Shown: positions 1-11,266, numbered from the stretch's first letter. The stretch is DNA of 64,000 bases from Lentilitoribacter sp. (GCA_039986595.1 JBDWQJ010000004.1:621385-685384), one strand, 5' to 3'. The notes: a model not told the origin generated them from the letters alone. Numbers and translations: made by a program.

Positions 1-589
1 TCACATTAAGTACTCGGAGCTGGGCTAGTAATGGCAACATTGGAAGACCCACAATTGTGAAGAAGTCGCCTTCTATTTTATCAAATAACTGTACACCCTG
101 TTTTTCAAGTTGGTAGGCACCAACGGATGTTAAAACACTTTCACCTGCTTCAGATAGGTGTCTTCCGATAAATTCTGGGCTTAGATCCCGCATTGTTAAT
201 TCAGCAATAGAGACATGCTGCCAAATTGTTTCACCGTTTTGAGCGATTGAAACGCCGCTATTAAGTGTGTGAGTTTGGCCTGATAATTTTAATAAAGTTC
301 GTCGGGCCGCTTCCATGTTCTCGGGTTTATGAAACAGCTCGTCATTTAGTGAAAGTGTTTGGTCTGAACCAATGACATAAGCATCTGGGATTTTTTGTGA
401 AACATCTAATGCTTTTGCGCTTGCCAGGATAAGGGCTAATTCTTTCGGGGTAGCGCCTGTGCCTTCGATTGCAAGTTCAACGGCGCGCTCGTCTATATCC
501 GCGGGCTGGCAGGTAAAGTTTAGCCCAGCATTTTCCATAAGAGTTTTACGATGGATGCTTTGTGAAGCAAGTACAATTTTGTTATTCAT
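1..589 (-). CDS. maf: Maf family nucleoside triphosphate pyrophosphatase, 3' end runs off the window
   Basis: Hand translation from ATG 589: [23 protein letters not shown]...VIGSDQTL...HKP...LSGQTHTL...VGAYQLE...[17 protein letters not shown], all Maf motifs. No stop inside the window, so it is missing from the ORF track. Confidence 0.9.
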   Translation of the reverse strand, partial: MNNKIVLASQSIHRKTLMENAGLNFTCQPADIDERAVELAIEGTGATPKELALILASAKALDVSQKIPDAYVIGSDQTLSLNDELFHKPENMEAARRTLLKLSGQTHTLNSGVSIAQNGETIWQHVSIAELTMRDLSPEFIGRHLSEAGESVLTSVGAYQLEKQGVQLFDKIEGDFFTIVGLPMLPLLAQLRVLNV

Positions 590-1020
590 ATCTTGGAATA
601 CTCGACGATTTTTTTCAACGTTTGTGATTCTATTCAAGAGTCAATTTTTAACCGTTTCTTAACCACACTTTTCTTTAGCACCTGTTGAGCGCTTTGGATA
701 ACTTTGATTTTGAAAAAATTTTGGAAAAAGCCAGTGAATAAATTGGAAGTTATACACAATTAGCGTAGCTGTGAATTAAATCCAATTGATTTTGAAGTTT
801 TCCATTTAAGTTTGGGGACAAATTTCGTGAAAGCAGTAAACTATTGAAAAATATGTATAAATATAAAGAGTATTTGCATATCGATGAATACTGAGATGCG
901 ACAAGTTTGTGGATAGGCTGTTGATAGATTGTGCTGTATATATAATAACCAATCTTCACAGACTCTAATAAGAATAAAACAAAATACAAAAATTACTTAT
1001 ATATAGGCAGGGGTGGATAA
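590..1020. other. Chromosomal replication origin (oriC)
   Basis: AT-rich spacer upstream of hemE, the known oriC position in Caulobacter and rhizobia. DnaA box TTATACACA 750-758; 1-mismatch boxes at 659-667, 693-701, 733-741, 770-778, 908-916, 1012-1020; W-box-like TGGGGA 813-818; GANTC at 626, 638, 961; AT-rich tracts about 841-880 and 967-1004; parABS lies 4-9 kb away. Confidence 0.85.
648..663 (+). promoter_or_regulatory. CtrA binding site TTAA-N7-TTAAC in oriC
   Basis: TTAA CCGTTTC TTAAC, an exact match to the alphaproteobacterial CtrA consensus. Confidence 0.75.
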
Positions 1021-2052
1021 GTGTCCGAAAAGCGTAAATTGCTAAAAGTGCTAGATGGTGAAACCGTTTTTCCACCACCAATATGGCTCATGAGACAAGC
1101 GGGACGTTATCTTCCAGAATATCGTGCCACACGGAAGCAAGCACCTAATTTTTTAGATTTGTGTTACACACCAGACTTAGCTGTTGAAGTAACGATGCAA
1201 CCGATAAGACGCTATGGCTTTGATGCATCAATATTGTTTTCGGATATTTTGGTTATCCCAGACGCTCTAGATCGTAATGTTAGATTTGTAGCTGGAGAAG
1301 GTCCTAAAATGGATCCTATCGATCCTAAGGGTATTGATGCGCTTGATACAGACGGATTTTTAGAACATCTAGCACCTGTTTTTGAAACGGTGCATCGATT
1401 ACGTGGTGAGCTACCAGATGAAACAACACTTTTAGGTTTCTGTGGCGCACCTTGGACGGTTGCGACATATATGATTGCTGGCCATGGAACCCCTGATCAA
1501 GCACCAGCGCGTTTATTTTCTTACCAACATGAAGCCTCATTTATGAAGCTTTTGAATCTGCTTGCTGATATGTCAGCTGAATATCTAATCGCACAGATTG
1601 ATGCAGGTGCAGATGCTGTGCAGATCTTTGATTCTTGGGCAGGCGTTTTAGGTGAAACCGAGTTTGAGAAGTTCGCTGTGGCACCTGTGAAACGAATAAT
1701 CGATCAGGTACGCGCTCAACGTCCAAATGCTAAGATTATTGCATTTGCAAAAGGCGCTGGTGTTCTACTTCGTAATTATCGAACAGCGGTTGGTTCCGAT
1801 GGAATAGGGCTTGATTGGTCAGTACCACTAAGTTTTGCCAAGGAATTGCAAAAACAAGGAGCTGTTCAAGGCAATCTTGATCCAATGTTGATGATTGCTG
1901 GCGGTAAAGCACTTGATGATGGTATTGATCGGATAATGGAAGCATTATCTGACGGTCCGCTTATCTTCAATCTAGGACATGGTATTACACCGCAAGCTGA
2001 TCCAGAAAATGTAACGCGACTTATTGAACGTGTTCGGAGTTATCAAAAATGA
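1021..2052 (+). CDS. hemE: Uroporphyrinogen decarboxylase
   Basis: [33 protein letters not shown] motifs. Confidence 0.97.
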   Translation: MSEKRKLLKVLDGETVFPPPIWLMRQAGRYLPEYRATRKQAPNFLDLCYTPDLAVEVTMQPIRRYGFDASILFSDILVIPDALDRNVRFVAGEGPKMDPIDPKGIDALDTDGFLEHLAPVFETVHRLRGELPDETTLLGFCGAPWTVATYMIAGHGTPDQAPARLFSYQHEASFMKLLNLLADMSAEYLIAQIDAGADAVQIFDSWAGVLGETEFEKFAVAPVKRIIDQVRAQRPNAKIIAFAKGAGVLLRNYRTAVGSDGIGLDWSVPLSFAKELQKQGAVQGNLDPMLMIAGGKALDDGIDRIMEALSDGPLIFNLGHGITPQADPENVTRLIERVRSYQK

Positions 2053-2570
2053 CCGAAGTAAATGCTAAATCCAAGAAAAAACCACTTGTTGCGATCGCCT
2101 CATTGGCGTTCATCGCGTTTCTGGCTCTAACTTGGAAAAACGAAGATTTTTATCTTTGGATCAAGGCACTTCATATTATTGCCGTGATTTCCTGGATGGC
2201 TGGAATGTTATATTTGCCACGTTTGTTTGTTTATCATGCGAGTGAAGATGCAGGATCAGCGGTATCTGAAAAATTCAAGGTAATGGAATATAAGTTACTG
2301 AAATTTATAATTAATCCGGCAATGATGGTGACATGGGGCGCAGGTTTGTGGCTCATGTTTAGTGGTCTTGTTGATTTAGCTGGATGGTTTTGGGTAAAGT
2401 TTATTCTTGTCTTAGTTATGTCCGGTACACACGGCTGGTTATCCAAATCACAAAAACGTTTTGCAACTGATGAGAATAAGCTTTCTGAGAAGCAATGGCG
2501 TATGGCAAATGAAATTCCGACCGTATTGATGATTGGAATTGTTATCATGGTAATTGTTCGTCCGTTTTAA
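2049..2570 (+). CDS. hemJ: Protoporphyrinogen IX oxidase HemJ
   Basis: [27 protein letters not shown] and NEIPTVLMI motifs; 4-nt overlap with hemE. Confidence 0.95.
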   Translation: MTEVNAKSKKKPLVAIASLAFIAFLALTWKNEDFYLWIKALHIIAVISWMAGMLYLPRLFVYHASEDAGSAVSEKFKVMEYKLLKFIINPAMMVTWGAGLWLMFSGLVDLAGWFWVKFILVLVMSGTHGWLSKSQKRFATDENKLSEKQWRMANEIPTVLMIGIVIMVIVRPF

Positions 2571-2715
2571 GACTGAATTGAAACGTGATCGGCTAAAATT
2601 TGCTCCCCTCTTGCGGTTTTGGACAATAATGGCTATTTAGGAGCTATATTTATCCGCCCGAGTCCTTCGGTCTAACCTCGCGGATGTGTTCTCATTCATA
2701 TTATCTGGATTTTTC

Positions 2716-3981
2716 ATGCAAGAAATGAAGCTGCAAGAGCTTAAAAGCAAAACACCAACCGAACTTTTGGAATTCGCTGAAAGCGTCGATGTTGAAAATG
2801 CAAGTGTTATGCGCAAACAGGAATTAATGTTTGCGATATTGAAAAAGCTTGCTGAACAAGATGTCGAAATCATCGGTCAAGGTGTTGTTGAAGTCTTACA
2901 AGATGGATTTGGCTTCATGCGCTCTGCAAGTGCGAACTACCTTCCAGGTCCGGACGATATTTATATCTCTCCATCGCAGATACGTAAGTTTTCATTGAAA
3001 ACCGGCGATACTGTTGAAGGTCCTATTCGTAGTCCCAAAGATGGCGAACGTTATTTTGCGCTTTTAAAAGTCAGTACAATCAACTTTGATGATCCTGAAA
3101 AGATCAGACACAAAGTTCATTTCGATAATTTAACACCGCTTTATCCGGATGAACGCTTCAATATGGAGCTTAATGATCCAACTAACAAAGATATGTCTGG
3201 TCGTGTGATTGATCTTGTGGCGCCTTTGGGTAAAGGGCAACGTGGTCTAATTGTTGCGCCACCGCGTACAGGTAAAACGGTTTTATTGCAAAATATTGCG
3301 CATTCGATCACTGCAAATCATCCGGAATGTTATTTGATTGTGTTGTTAATCGATGAGCGTCCGGAAGAAGTGACAGACATGCAACGTTCTGTGAAGGGTG
3401 AGGTTGTGTCATCGACCTTTGATGAACCAGCTGTTCGCCACGTACAAGTTGCTGAAATGGTTATAGAAAAAGCAAAACGTTTGGTCGAACATGGCCGTGA
3501 TGTGGTAATCCTGCTTGATTCTATTACTCGACTTGGCCGCGCGTATAACACTGTTGTTCCTTCATCAGGCAAAGTTCTGACAGGTGGTGTGGATGCAAAT
3601 GCTCTGCAAAGACCAAAGCGTTTCTTTGGCGCTGCCCGTAATATTGAAGAAGGCGGTTCACTTACGATTATAGCGACAGCGCTTATTGATACCGGATCCC
3701 GCATGGATGAGGTTATCTTTGAAGAGTTTAAAGGTACTGGTAACTCTGAGATGGTTCTTGATCGTAAGGTTTCAGACAAACGCATCTATCCGTCGATGGA
3801 TATTTTGAAATCTGGTACGCGGAAAGAGGATCTGTTGGTTCCGAAACAAGATCTTCAAAAGATCTTTGTATTGCGCCGTATTTTGTCTCCGATGGGTACG
3901 ACAGATGCAATTGAGTTCCTAATTGATAAGTTTAAGCAGACGAAAAGCAACCAGGAATTCTTTGATTCTATGAATACTTAG
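2716..3981 (+). CDS. rho: Transcription termination factor Rho
   Basis: [20 protein letters not shown] Walker [13 protein letters not shown]; start refined to ATG 2716 (421 aa). Confidence 0.98.
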   Translation: MQEMKLQELKSKTPTELLEFAESVDVENASVMRKQELMFAILKKLAEQDVEIIGQGVVEVLQDGFGFMRSASANYLPGPDDIYISPSQIRKFSLKTGDTVEGPIRSPKDGERYFALLKVSTINFDDPEKIRHKVHFDNLTPLYPDERFNMELNDPTNKDMSGRVIDLVAPLGKGQRGLIVAPPRTGKTVLLQNIAHSITANHPECYLIVLLIDERPEEVTDMQRSVKGEVVSSTFDEPAVRHVQVAEMVIEKAKRLVEHGRDVVILLDSITRLGRAYNTVVPSSGKVLTGGVDANALQRPKRFFGAARNIEEGGSLTIIATALIDTGSRMDEVIFEEFKGTGNSEMVLDRKVSDKRIYPSMDILKSGTRKEDLLVPKQDLQKIFVLRRILSPMGTTDAIEFLIDKFKQTKSNQEFFDSMNT

Positions 3982-4014
3982 AATGACTTAGTTATATTCT
4001 TATTGTAAAGGCGT

Positions 4015-5346
4015 GTGAAATTGAGCGAATTTGACACCATCTTTGCTTTATCCTCAGGTTCCGTACCTGCGGGTGTAGCTGTTATTCGTATCTCAGGTGC
4101 TAGGACTCGATTCGTACTCGAAACGTTAGGTGTTTCAAATCTTGTTCCTCGTATTGCGTCGTTAAAAACGATTCGGAAACAAAACAATCTGATAATTGAC
4201 AGAGGTTTGGTGTTGTTTTTCCCAAATCCACACTCATTTACAGGTGAAGATTGCGCAGAACTGCACGTCCATGGTGGCCGGGCTGTTGTTGATACATTGT
4301 TCGATGAATTAGCTTCATTGGAGGGCCTGCGGCTAGCAGAAGCTGGCGAGTTTACCAAACGAGCTTATGATAATGGGAAGATGGACCTGACAGAAGCTGA
4401 GGGTTTTGCTGATCTTTTGTCCTCTGAGACAGAAATGCAACGGAGATTAGCCGTTGAACAAGCTGATGGAGGCTTAAGGCGCCTCTATGATCGGTGGAAC
4501 GCAGAAATTCTAAGATCTCGTGCACTAATTGAAGCAGAATTGGATTTCTCAGACGAGGAAGATATCCCAGGTTCTGTGTCGGATCAGATTTGGAAAGACA
4601 TTTCTGGACTTATAAGTGAGATTAAACTTCATCTGACCAAGTCCAAGATTGGTGAAATCTCGCGTTCTGGGTTTTCTATTGTTATAGCTGGGGCACCAAA
4701 TGCTGGAAAATCGTCATTAATGAATGCGATTGCTGGTCGTGAAGTTGCTATTGTTTCAGATGAACAAGGTACCACAAGGGATGTTTTAGAAGTTCGGCTT
4801 GATCTTGAAGGTTTTTTAGTTGTTTTAAAAGATACAGCGGGTTTACGGGATACAGATAGCAAAGTAGAGCGTGAAGGTATTCGTAGGGCCAAAGATGAAT
4901 TGGATAATGCAGATCTAGTTCTTTATTTGATTGAACCTGGTTTCGAGCAACAAGGCAATGTTCTAGATCTTTCTGCGGTAGATAAATTTATAGTTATTGG
5001 TACAAAATCAGACATTGAAAATTCAATTTGGTCAATAAAAACAGATATTTGTATAACAACTGGTTCTTCTAAAGACCTTGATATTTTGCTGGATCTTATT
5101 AAAAAAGAATTAGCTATTTCAGATATTAAGGATGATCTTGTTGTTCCTACAAGACGTCGCCACATTGAATTACTTAATCGAGTTTTAACCGAATTGGAAT
5201 TTGCCTGTGAGCATGCAGATCTGCCGATCGAGATCAGAAGTGAACACTTACGCGTATCCCAAGATAATTTGGGTAGAATTACAGGCCGAGTTGATGTAGA
5301 AGACCTTCTTGGTGTTATATTTAGCGAGTTTTGTGTGGGAAAATGA
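4015..5346 (+). CDS. mnmE: tRNA modification GTPase MnmE
   Basis: SFTGED, GAPNAGKSSL, GTTRD, DTAGLR and C-terminal FSEFCVGK. Confidence 0.97.
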   Translation: MKLSEFDTIFALSSGSVPAGVAVIRISGARTRFVLETLGVSNLVPRIASLKTIRKQNNLIIDRGLVLFFPNPHSFTGEDCAELHVHGGRAVVDTLFDELASLEGLRLAEAGEFTKRAYDNGKMDLTEAEGFADLLSSETEMQRRLAVEQADGGLRRLYDRWNAEILRSRALIEAELDFSDEEDIPGSVSDQIWKDISGLISEIKLHLTKSKIGEISRSGFSIVIAGAPNAGKSSLMNAIAGREVAIVSDEQGTTRDVLEVRLDLEGFLVVLKDTAGLRDTDSKVEREGIRRAKDELDNADLVLYLIEPGFEQQGNVLDLSAVDKFIVIGTKSDIENSIWSIKTDICITTGSSKDLDILLDLIKKELAISDIKDDLVVPTRRRHIELLNRVLTELEFACEHADLPIEIRSEHLRVSQDNLGRITGRVDVEDLLGVIFSEFCVGK

Positions 5347-5359
5347 TTCACGTGAAACA
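5344..5359. other. parS site (TGATTCACGTGAAACA), overlaps mnmE stop codon
   Basis: 1 mismatch to TGTTTCACGTGAAACA; contains GATTC. Confidence 0.85.
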
Positions 5360-5376
5360 ATTAGATGTCTGATGAA

Positions 5377-5392
5377 TGACTCACGTGAAACA
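5377..5392. other. parS site (TGACTCACGTGAAACA)
   Basis: 2 mismatches to the palindrome; contains GACTC. Confidence 0.75.
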
Positions 5393-5401
5393 TTGTAACT
5401 C

Positions 5402-5417
5402 TGTTCCACGTGAAACA
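5402..5417. other. parS site (TGTTCCACGTGAAACA)
   Basis: Matches the TGTTNCACGTGAAACA consensus. Confidence 0.88.
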
Positions 5418-5445
5418 AAGACATCATTACTATATTAGGTGACTT

Positions 5446-7314
5446 ATGGATTATGATGTAATCGTCATTGGTGGAGGACATGCAGGTTGCGAGGCAGCAT
5501 CCGCGTCTGCGCGTTTAGGTGTCAAAACCGCACTTGTCACACATAAATTTGATACAATTGGTGTGATGTCTTGTAATCCAGCCATCGGAGGTCTTGGAAA
5601 AGGGCATCTAGTCCGTGAAATTGACGCTTTGGATGGCTTAATGGGTCGTGTCACCGATGATGCAGCTATTCAATATAGAATGCTTAATCGTCGTAAAGGT
5701 CCAGCCGTTCGGGGTCCAAGAACACAAGCTGATAGACGCTTATATCGCGAATCGATGCAAAAAAATATCAAACTTATCAATAATTTAGCTGTTATTGAGG
5801 GTGAGGTTGATGATCTTGTACTAACTGATGATAAAATCTCAGGCGTTAAAACAAAAGATGGGCGTATCTATAAATGTAACGCAGTCGTCTTAACGACAGG
5901 CACATTCCTTCGAGGTCTTATTCATATAGGGGATAAAAAAATTCCTGCAGGCCGGATGAACGAAGCCCCAGCTCTAGGTCTATCTGATAGATTAGAATCC
6001 TTAGGTTTGAAGCTCGAACGCCTAAAAACAGGAACACCAGCAAGGCTTGATGGGAAAACCATTGCTTGGGATCAGTTAGAAGAACAGGGACCGGATGAAG
6101 ATCCGGTACCATTTTCGTTTATGACAGATGAAATCAAGCAAAAACAAATACCTTGTGGGATTACACGCACAACGAAGGCTACTCATAAGATTATTGAGGA
6201 GAACATTTCCAAGTCTGCAATGTATTCAGGTCAAATCGAGGGAGTTGGCCCGCGTTATTGTCCGTCGATTGAAGATAAGATTGTCAAATTTGGCGATCGG
6301 GATGGTCATCAAATATTTCTAGAACCAGAAGGATTGGATGATGATACCGTTTACCCAAATGGAATATCGACATCTTTGCCGGAAGATGTGCAAGATCAAT
6401 TTATTAGAACTATTCCTGGGTTAGAAAATGTAACTATTTTGCAGCCTGGCTATGCGATTGAGTATGATTATGTCGACCCCAGAGAACTTAAACAGACTTT
6501 AGAGCTTAAAAAATTACCGAATTTCTTTTTAGCAGGGCAAATCAACGGCACGACTGGTTATGAGGAAGCCGGCGCACAGGGGCTTGTTGCTGGATTAAAT
6601 GCCGCGCGCAAAGCTATGGGTGGTGAAGAAATTATCTTTAGCCGTAGCTCTTCATATATTGGTGTGATGATTGATGATCTTACGACACATGGTGTGACTG
6701 AACCTTATCGAATGTTTACGTCCCGCGCTGAGTTTCGCCTAACCTTACGTGCTGATAATGCTGATTTAAGACTAACTCCGCTTGGGATCGAGATTGGTTG
6801 TGTGTCTGAATTGCGTCGTCAACGGTTTGAAAAGTGGCAGAACGATATTGATAACTGCAGAAACACGTTCGAAAGCTTGTCCTTGACCCCTAATGAAGCA
6901 GAAAATCATGGTTTTAAGCTGAATAAGGACGGGATACGCCGCTCAGCGTTTAAGTTACTCTCTTATCCTCAGATCGAGCTTGATGATATTTTAAAGGTTT
7001 GGCCTGAGCTGGCGCACTATGATCGCCATGTTTTAGAAACAGTGGAAATAGATGCGACCTATGCTGTGTATATGGATAGGCAGAAGAATGATATACGCAT
7101 TCAACAACGTGAAGAGGGTAGACTGATACCTGAGAACTTTGATTTCGATGTTCTTCCTGGTCTTTCTAACGAATTGAAACATAAGCTCAAATCTAACCGT
7201 CCAAAATCTATAGCCCGTGCTAATAAGATAGATGGTATGACGCCAGCTGCAATTGCGCTGATTTTAACCTACCTAAAAAGACACAATAGAAAAGACGCTG
7301 TAATTGCATCTTAA
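5446..7314 (+). CDS. mnmG: tRNA uridine-5-carboxymethylaminomethyl synthesis enzyme MnmG (GidA)
   Basis: [44 protein letters not shown] motifs. Confidence 0.98.
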   Translation: MDYDVIVIGGGHAGCEAASASARLGVKTALVTHKFDTIGVMSCNPAIGGLGKGHLVREIDALDGLMGRVTDDAAIQYRMLNRRKGPAVRGPRTQADRRLYRESMQKNIKLINNLAVIEGEVDDLVLTDDKISGVKTKDGRIYKCNAVVLTTGTFLRGLIHIGDKKIPAGRMNEAPALGLSDRLESLGLKLERLKTGTPARLDGKTIAWDQLEEQGPDEDPVPFSFMTDEIKQKQIPCGITRTTKATHKIIEENISKSAMYSGQIEGVGPRYCPSIEDKIVKFGDRDGHQIFLEPEGLDDDTVYPNGISTSLPEDVQDQFIRTIPGLENVTILQPGYAIEYDYVDPRELKQTLELKKLPNFFLAGQINGTTGYEEAGAQGLVAGLNAARKAMGGEEIIFSRSSSYIGVMIDDLTTHGVTEPYRMFTSRAEFRLTLRADNADLRLTPLGIEIGCVSELRRQRFEKWQNDIDNCRNTFESLSLTPNEAENHGFKLNKDGIRRSAFKLLSYPQIELDDILKVWPELAHYDRHVLETVEIDATYAVYMDRQKNDIRIQQREEGRLIPENFDFDVLPGLSNELKHKLKSNRPKSIARANKIDGMTPAAIALILTYLKRHNRKDAVIAS

Positions 7315-7325
7315 TCGGATATTTC

Positions 7326-7949
7326 ATGTCAAAGAATTTTGAAGAGTCTGTGAATGTTTCACGTGAAACATGGGCGAGATTGCGTCAATACGCGGATGTT
7401 GTGCGCAAATGGCAAAAAACCATTAATCTTATCTCTCCAGCTACAGTCGGCGATTTATGGGACCGGCATGTTCTTGATAGCTTGCAGATATGGTCAATCG
7501 ATCCAAGTCCTAAAATATGGGTGGATATGGGTAGCGGTGCGGGTTTCCCTGGTATTGTCACCGCAATTTGCCTGGCAGAGCAAGGTTCAGGGTGGGTCTA
7601 TTTAATTGAAAGTAATCAGAAAAAAGCTGCTTTTCTTCGCAGTGTAATTGTTGAAACTGGCGCAAGAGCGAGTGTTCATCCGGTTCGAGTCGCTGATGCC
7701 TTTGATATTGCGCCTGAAATCGATGCTATATCAGCGCGCGCATTGGCATCTTTGGATGATTTGCTCGAGATGTCAGAGCCATGGTTTCTTCAGAATGAAA
7801 AATTATCCACATACCTCCACAAAGGTCGGGATTACCAGTTGGAAATTGAACTTGCCCGTAGTCGGTGGGCGTTTAATCTGGTAAAATATGATAGTCAGAT
7901 TCAAGATGGATCAGTAATTTTGCAAATTGATAGCCTCAAGAGACTTTAG
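7326..7949 (+). CDS. rsmG: 16S rRNA m7G527 methyltransferase RsmG (GidB)
   Basis: WDRHVLDS, DMGSGAGFPG, SARALA motifs; position between mnmG and parA. Confidence 0.95.
   Translation: MSKNFEESVNVSRETWARLRQYADVVRKWQKTINLISPATVGDLWDRHVLDSLQIWSIDPSPKIWVDMGSGAGFPGIVTAICLAEQGSGWVYLIESNQKKAAFLRSVIVETGARASVHPVRVADAFDIAPEIDAISARALASLDDLLEMSEPWFLQNEKLSTYLHKGRDYQLEIELARSRWAFNLVKYDSQIQDGSVILQIDSLKRL
7355..7370. other. Perfect parS palindrome inside rsmG
   Basis: TGTTTCACGTGAAACA, read in frame as (N)VSRET. Confidence 0.92.
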
Positions 7950-7986
7950 ACTAGTATTTTGTGGTTTTTGGTAAAAGTTGGGTGCA

Positions 7987-8781
7987 ATGTCTCAGATTAA
8001 AAACCGGATAATTACAGTTGCTAATCAAAAGGGTGGTGTTGGTAAAACAACAACAGCGATTAACCTTGCAACAGCTTTAGCTGCTATTGGCGAAAATGTG
8101 TTGATTGTGGATCTTGATCCGCAAGGTAACGCAAGTACGGGTCTTGGTATCGAACGCGCAAACAGAGATTTGTCATCTTACGATGTTTTGATGTATGAGG
8201 CTGAATTATCTCAGGCGTGCAAAAAGACCGCTGTTCCAAACCTGGATATTGTCCCATCTACTATGGATTTACTTGGTCTTGAGATGGAAATATCTAGCGA
8301 TAGTCAACGCGCCTTTCGTTTGAAGAAGGTTCTGAATACACCAGATGCCAGTCATTATGATTATATTCTTATTGATTGTCCGCCATCGCTAAATCTTTTG
8401 ACAATGAATGCAATGGCAGCTGCACATTCAGTCTTAGTACCGTTACAATGTGAGTTTTTTGCGTTGGAAGGTTTGAGCCAACTCCTTGAAACAGTTGGAC
8501 AAGTTCGTGATACATTAAACCCGGACCTTGAAATACAGGGTATCGTTATGACGATGTATGATTCGCGTAACAAGCTTGCGCATCAAGTTGTGGCAGATGT
8601 GCGCGAAAACTTGGGAGAAAAGGTGTATCACACGCTTATCCCTCGCAATGTTCGAGTTTCAGAGGCGCCTTCCTATGGTAAGCCAGCCATATTGTATGAT
8701 TTGGCGTGTTCAGGTAGCCAGGCCTATTTAAAATTGGCATCGGAAGTAATTCAGCGAGAAAGAAGCCATAAAGCTGCATAG
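7987..8781 (+). CDS. parA: Chromosome partitioning ATPase ParA
   Basis: NQKGGVGKTT, DLDPQGNAS, IDCPPSL, PLQCEFFALEG motifs. Confidence 0.97.
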   Translation: MSQIKNRIITVANQKGGVGKTTTAINLATALAAIGENVLIVDLDPQGNASTGLGIERANRDLSSYDVLMYEAELSQACKKTAVPNLDIVPSTMDLLGLEMEISSDSQRAFRLKKVLNTPDASHYDYILIDCPPSLNLLTMNAMAAAHSVLVPLQCEFFALEGLSQLLETVGQVRDTLNPDLEIQGIVMTMYDSRNKLAHQVVADVRENLGEKVYHTLIPRNVRVSEAPSYGKPAILYDLACSGSQAYLKLASEVIQRERSHKAA

Positions 8782-8814
8782 TTTGGCCCCATTTTTAAAA
8801 GATAGGTTTGTTTT

Positions 8815-9702
8815 ATGAGTGATGAACAATCAAAAAAACGTTTAGGTAGAGGCTTAGCTGCATTAATTGGCGAAATGGATAACGTCGATAACAACAAGCC
8901 TGCCAGTCAATCAAAAATTAGCCCCGATCAACAAATTCCGATTGAGTTTGTCGTTCGAAATGCTGAAAATCCACGACAAAATTTCGATCATGATGATTTG
9001 GTGGATCTAGCGCGTTCTATCCGTAAGCACGGAATTGTTCAACCAATCGTCGTTCGTCGTATTAATAATGACCGATATGAAATTATTGCAGGTGAACGAC
9101 GTTGGCGCGCGGCTCAACAGGCCGAACTTACTGAAATCCCTGTATTGGTTCGTGATGTTGATGATAAAACGGCTCTAGAGATTGCAATTGTTGAGAATGT
9201 TCAACGTGCTGATCTTAATCCGCTGGAAGAAGCATTGGGTTATGAGCAATTGATGTCTCATTACGGGTATACGCAAAATGATCTGGGTGAAGTGATCGGA
9301 AAAAGCCGCTCACATGTTGCAAATAGTCTGCGCTTGTTAAAATTACCAGATAGTGTTCGTGATATGTTGGTTGATGGAAGCCTATCAGCAGGTCATGCGC
9401 GTGCTTTGGTATCAACATCTAATCCACTTGCTTTAGCAAAATTGATCGTTGAAAAAGGATTATCCGTTCGAGACGCGGAGCGCCTGGCACAAGAAGATAT
9501 CAATGGCGCTTCTCAACAATCTGAGAAGAAAGAAACTTTCCAAAAAGATGCTGACACAATGGCACTTGAGAAAAGCCTCACAGATGTTTTGGGATTAAAA
9601 GTCCAGCTTGATCATAAGGGCGAAAAAGGAAAGTTGCAAATTAGTTATAAATCTCTGGAACAACTTGATTCCATTTGTAAACTACTTGGCGTTGCCGGTT
9701 AA
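8815..9702 (+). CDS. parB: Chromosome partitioning protein ParB
   Basis: LGRGLAALIG, GIVQPIVVR, IAGERRWRAA, ENVQRADL, HTH KSRSHVANSLRLL. Confidence 0.97.
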   Translation: MSDEQSKKRLGRGLAALIGEMDNVDNNKPASQSKISPDQQIPIEFVVRNAENPRQNFDHDDLVDLARSIRKHGIVQPIVVRRINNDRYEIIAGERRWRAAQQAELTEIPVLVRDVDDKTALEIAIVENVQRADLNPLEEALGYEQLMSHYGYTQNDLGEVIGKSRSHVANSLRLLKLPDSVRDMLVDGSLSAGHARALVSTSNPLALAKLIVEKGLSVRDAERLAQEDINGASQQSEKKETFQKDADTMALEKSLTDVLGLKVQLDHKGEKGKLQISYKSLEQLDSICKLLGVAG

Positions 9703-9712
9703 TTAATTAAAC

Positions 9713-10741
9713 TTATCGACTTAGTAAACAAACTCGCATAAGAGCTTGTCGCGCGATGCTTGTTTCAAGCGTCGCGTTACGACGCGTCTCCAAAATAGCA
9801 TTGGATATCTTGTCCATTTCAAGCCTAAGCTTTGCGCAGCTCCATTTGTTCAGTGCTTTTTCAAATACTGGCTTACGCTTAAAGTGAATAAACCTGCCTT
9901 GCTCAGCCATGACCTGGCTCGCGCGCTTATTTTTTGTTTCGACTTCAGAACGCATTAAATCGAGTTGCTGTAATTGGATCAAACAAGATCGCAGGATTAG
10001 AAATATAGGTGTTTTAGATGAGATTATTCGATTGAATGAACTATCTAAGCCATTGATATTACCAGATAAAATAGCATCAACTGTCTCATCAACCGATATC
10101 GATGACGCATCCCCAATTGCCGCTATGACATCATCTATGTGTATTTGTTCCTGCCCATGGCAATAAAGCATTAGTTTCTGGATTTCTCCGCGACTGGCCA
10201 AACGGTCACCACCCAAGAAAGTCAACAATAGTTGACGCGCATCCATATCCATACGCATATTCGCACTCGTCAACTCTTGATCAATTAGGTTTTGGAGCGC
10301 GCGACCATCATCAGCATAACAAGGGATCGCAACGGCAGGATTAGCTTTTTCAATGGTTTTGCGTAGCGAAGATGATTTTTTCAAATCGCCAGATTCAATT
10401 ATGACAGAAACACTATCGCCAATTTCTTCTATAACAGCGGTTAACGCGCTCACAAGCTTCTTGTCATTGGCTGCGTTCTTAATCCAAATTAGTCGCGAGC
10501 CACCAAAAAGCCCAATAGATCCAACTTCATCTGCTAATCGGCCAGGATCTGCTGATATTTCACTTGAGTCTAATCGTACAAGATTAAAATCATCGGAAAG
10601 ATCAACGCCGGTTTTCTTTGACAATTCGGACGCACGTTCGGATACCAATCCAGTATCAGGACCATAGATCAAAAATACACGATAGGGCAGATCAGCTCTT
10701 TTGATAAATCCGTCAAATTCGTGTGCTTTGATCTGTCCCAT
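9713..10741 (-). CDS. holA: DNA polymerase III delta subunit
   Basis: LIYGPDTGLV, SIGLFG, GDRLASRGEIQKL motifs; leuS-lptE-holA synteny. Confidence 0.92.
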   Translation of the reverse strand: MGQIKAHEFDGFIKRADLPYRVFLIYGPDTGLVSERASELSKKTGVDLSDDFNLVRLDSSEISADPGRLADEVGSIGLFGGSRLIWIKNAANDKKLVSALTAVIEEIGDSVSVIIESGDLKKSSSLRKTIEKANPAVAIPCYADDGRALQNLIDQELTSANMRMDMDARQLLLTFLGGDRLASRGEIQKLMLYCHGQEQIHIDDVIAAIGDASSISVDETVDAILSGNINGLDSSFNRIISSKTPIFLILRSCLIQLQQLDLMRSEVETKNKRASQVMAEQGRFIHFKRKPVFEKALNKWSCAKLRLEMDKISNAILETRRNATLETSIARQALMRVCLLSR

Positions 10742-10756
10742 GTGTGCCTAAATAAA

Positions 10757-11266
10757 TTATTTGCGCAATGCTGCTGATATATCTGCGTAAATCACATCAG
10801 CCAGTTCGCGACCAGCGCGATTTTCCGCATCTTGCAATGCTCGAATTTTAGCAAATTCTTGATCTGGTAGATCGTATTGTGATGTCACCTGGCGCTTTGC
10901 TTTGCGAATAACTTCGCCATCAGACAATCTAGAAAGCGTAAAGCTACCGGAAACAGTCATTCGACCAGCCGTAAAATTATTATCGGTACCTGCATCAAGC
11001 ACACCAGCTGCCGAGCTTGTGACATTTAAATCCAATCGATATTCAGCTGTGCCTGCCTGTGCGCCACCATTTAAAAATACCAATTGATTTCGTGTAACCT
11101 GTTCAATGCGTGTATCAGCTTGAGAAATATCAATAACAGCAATCGGTGCGCCCGAAACGGAGCTATATAGCGGCTTGACTTGGCAGCCAGCCAATAGAAC
11201 AGGGATGAACGTAGCTAGCGCAAGCGGTTTAACGATAGATTTGATCTGTTGGATATTAAATAACAA
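10757..11266 (-). CDS. lptE: LPS assembly lipoprotein LptE
   Basis: Lipobox LAGC followed by QVKPLY; lies between leuS and holA. Confidence 0.85.
   Translation of the reverse strand: MLFNIQQIKSIVKPLALATFIPVLLAGCQVKPLYSSVSGAPIAVIDISQADTRIEQVTRNQLVFLNGGAQAGTAEYRLDLNVTSSAAGVLDAGTDNNFTAGRMTVSGSFTLSRLSDGEVIRKAKRQVTSQYDLPDQEFAKIRALQDAENRAGRELADVIYADISAALRK

Noticed and set aside
459-989. ORFs 459-662 (+) and 750-989 (-)
   Set aside because: They are antisense to maf or span the DnaA-box and AT-rich origin; no recognisable motifs.
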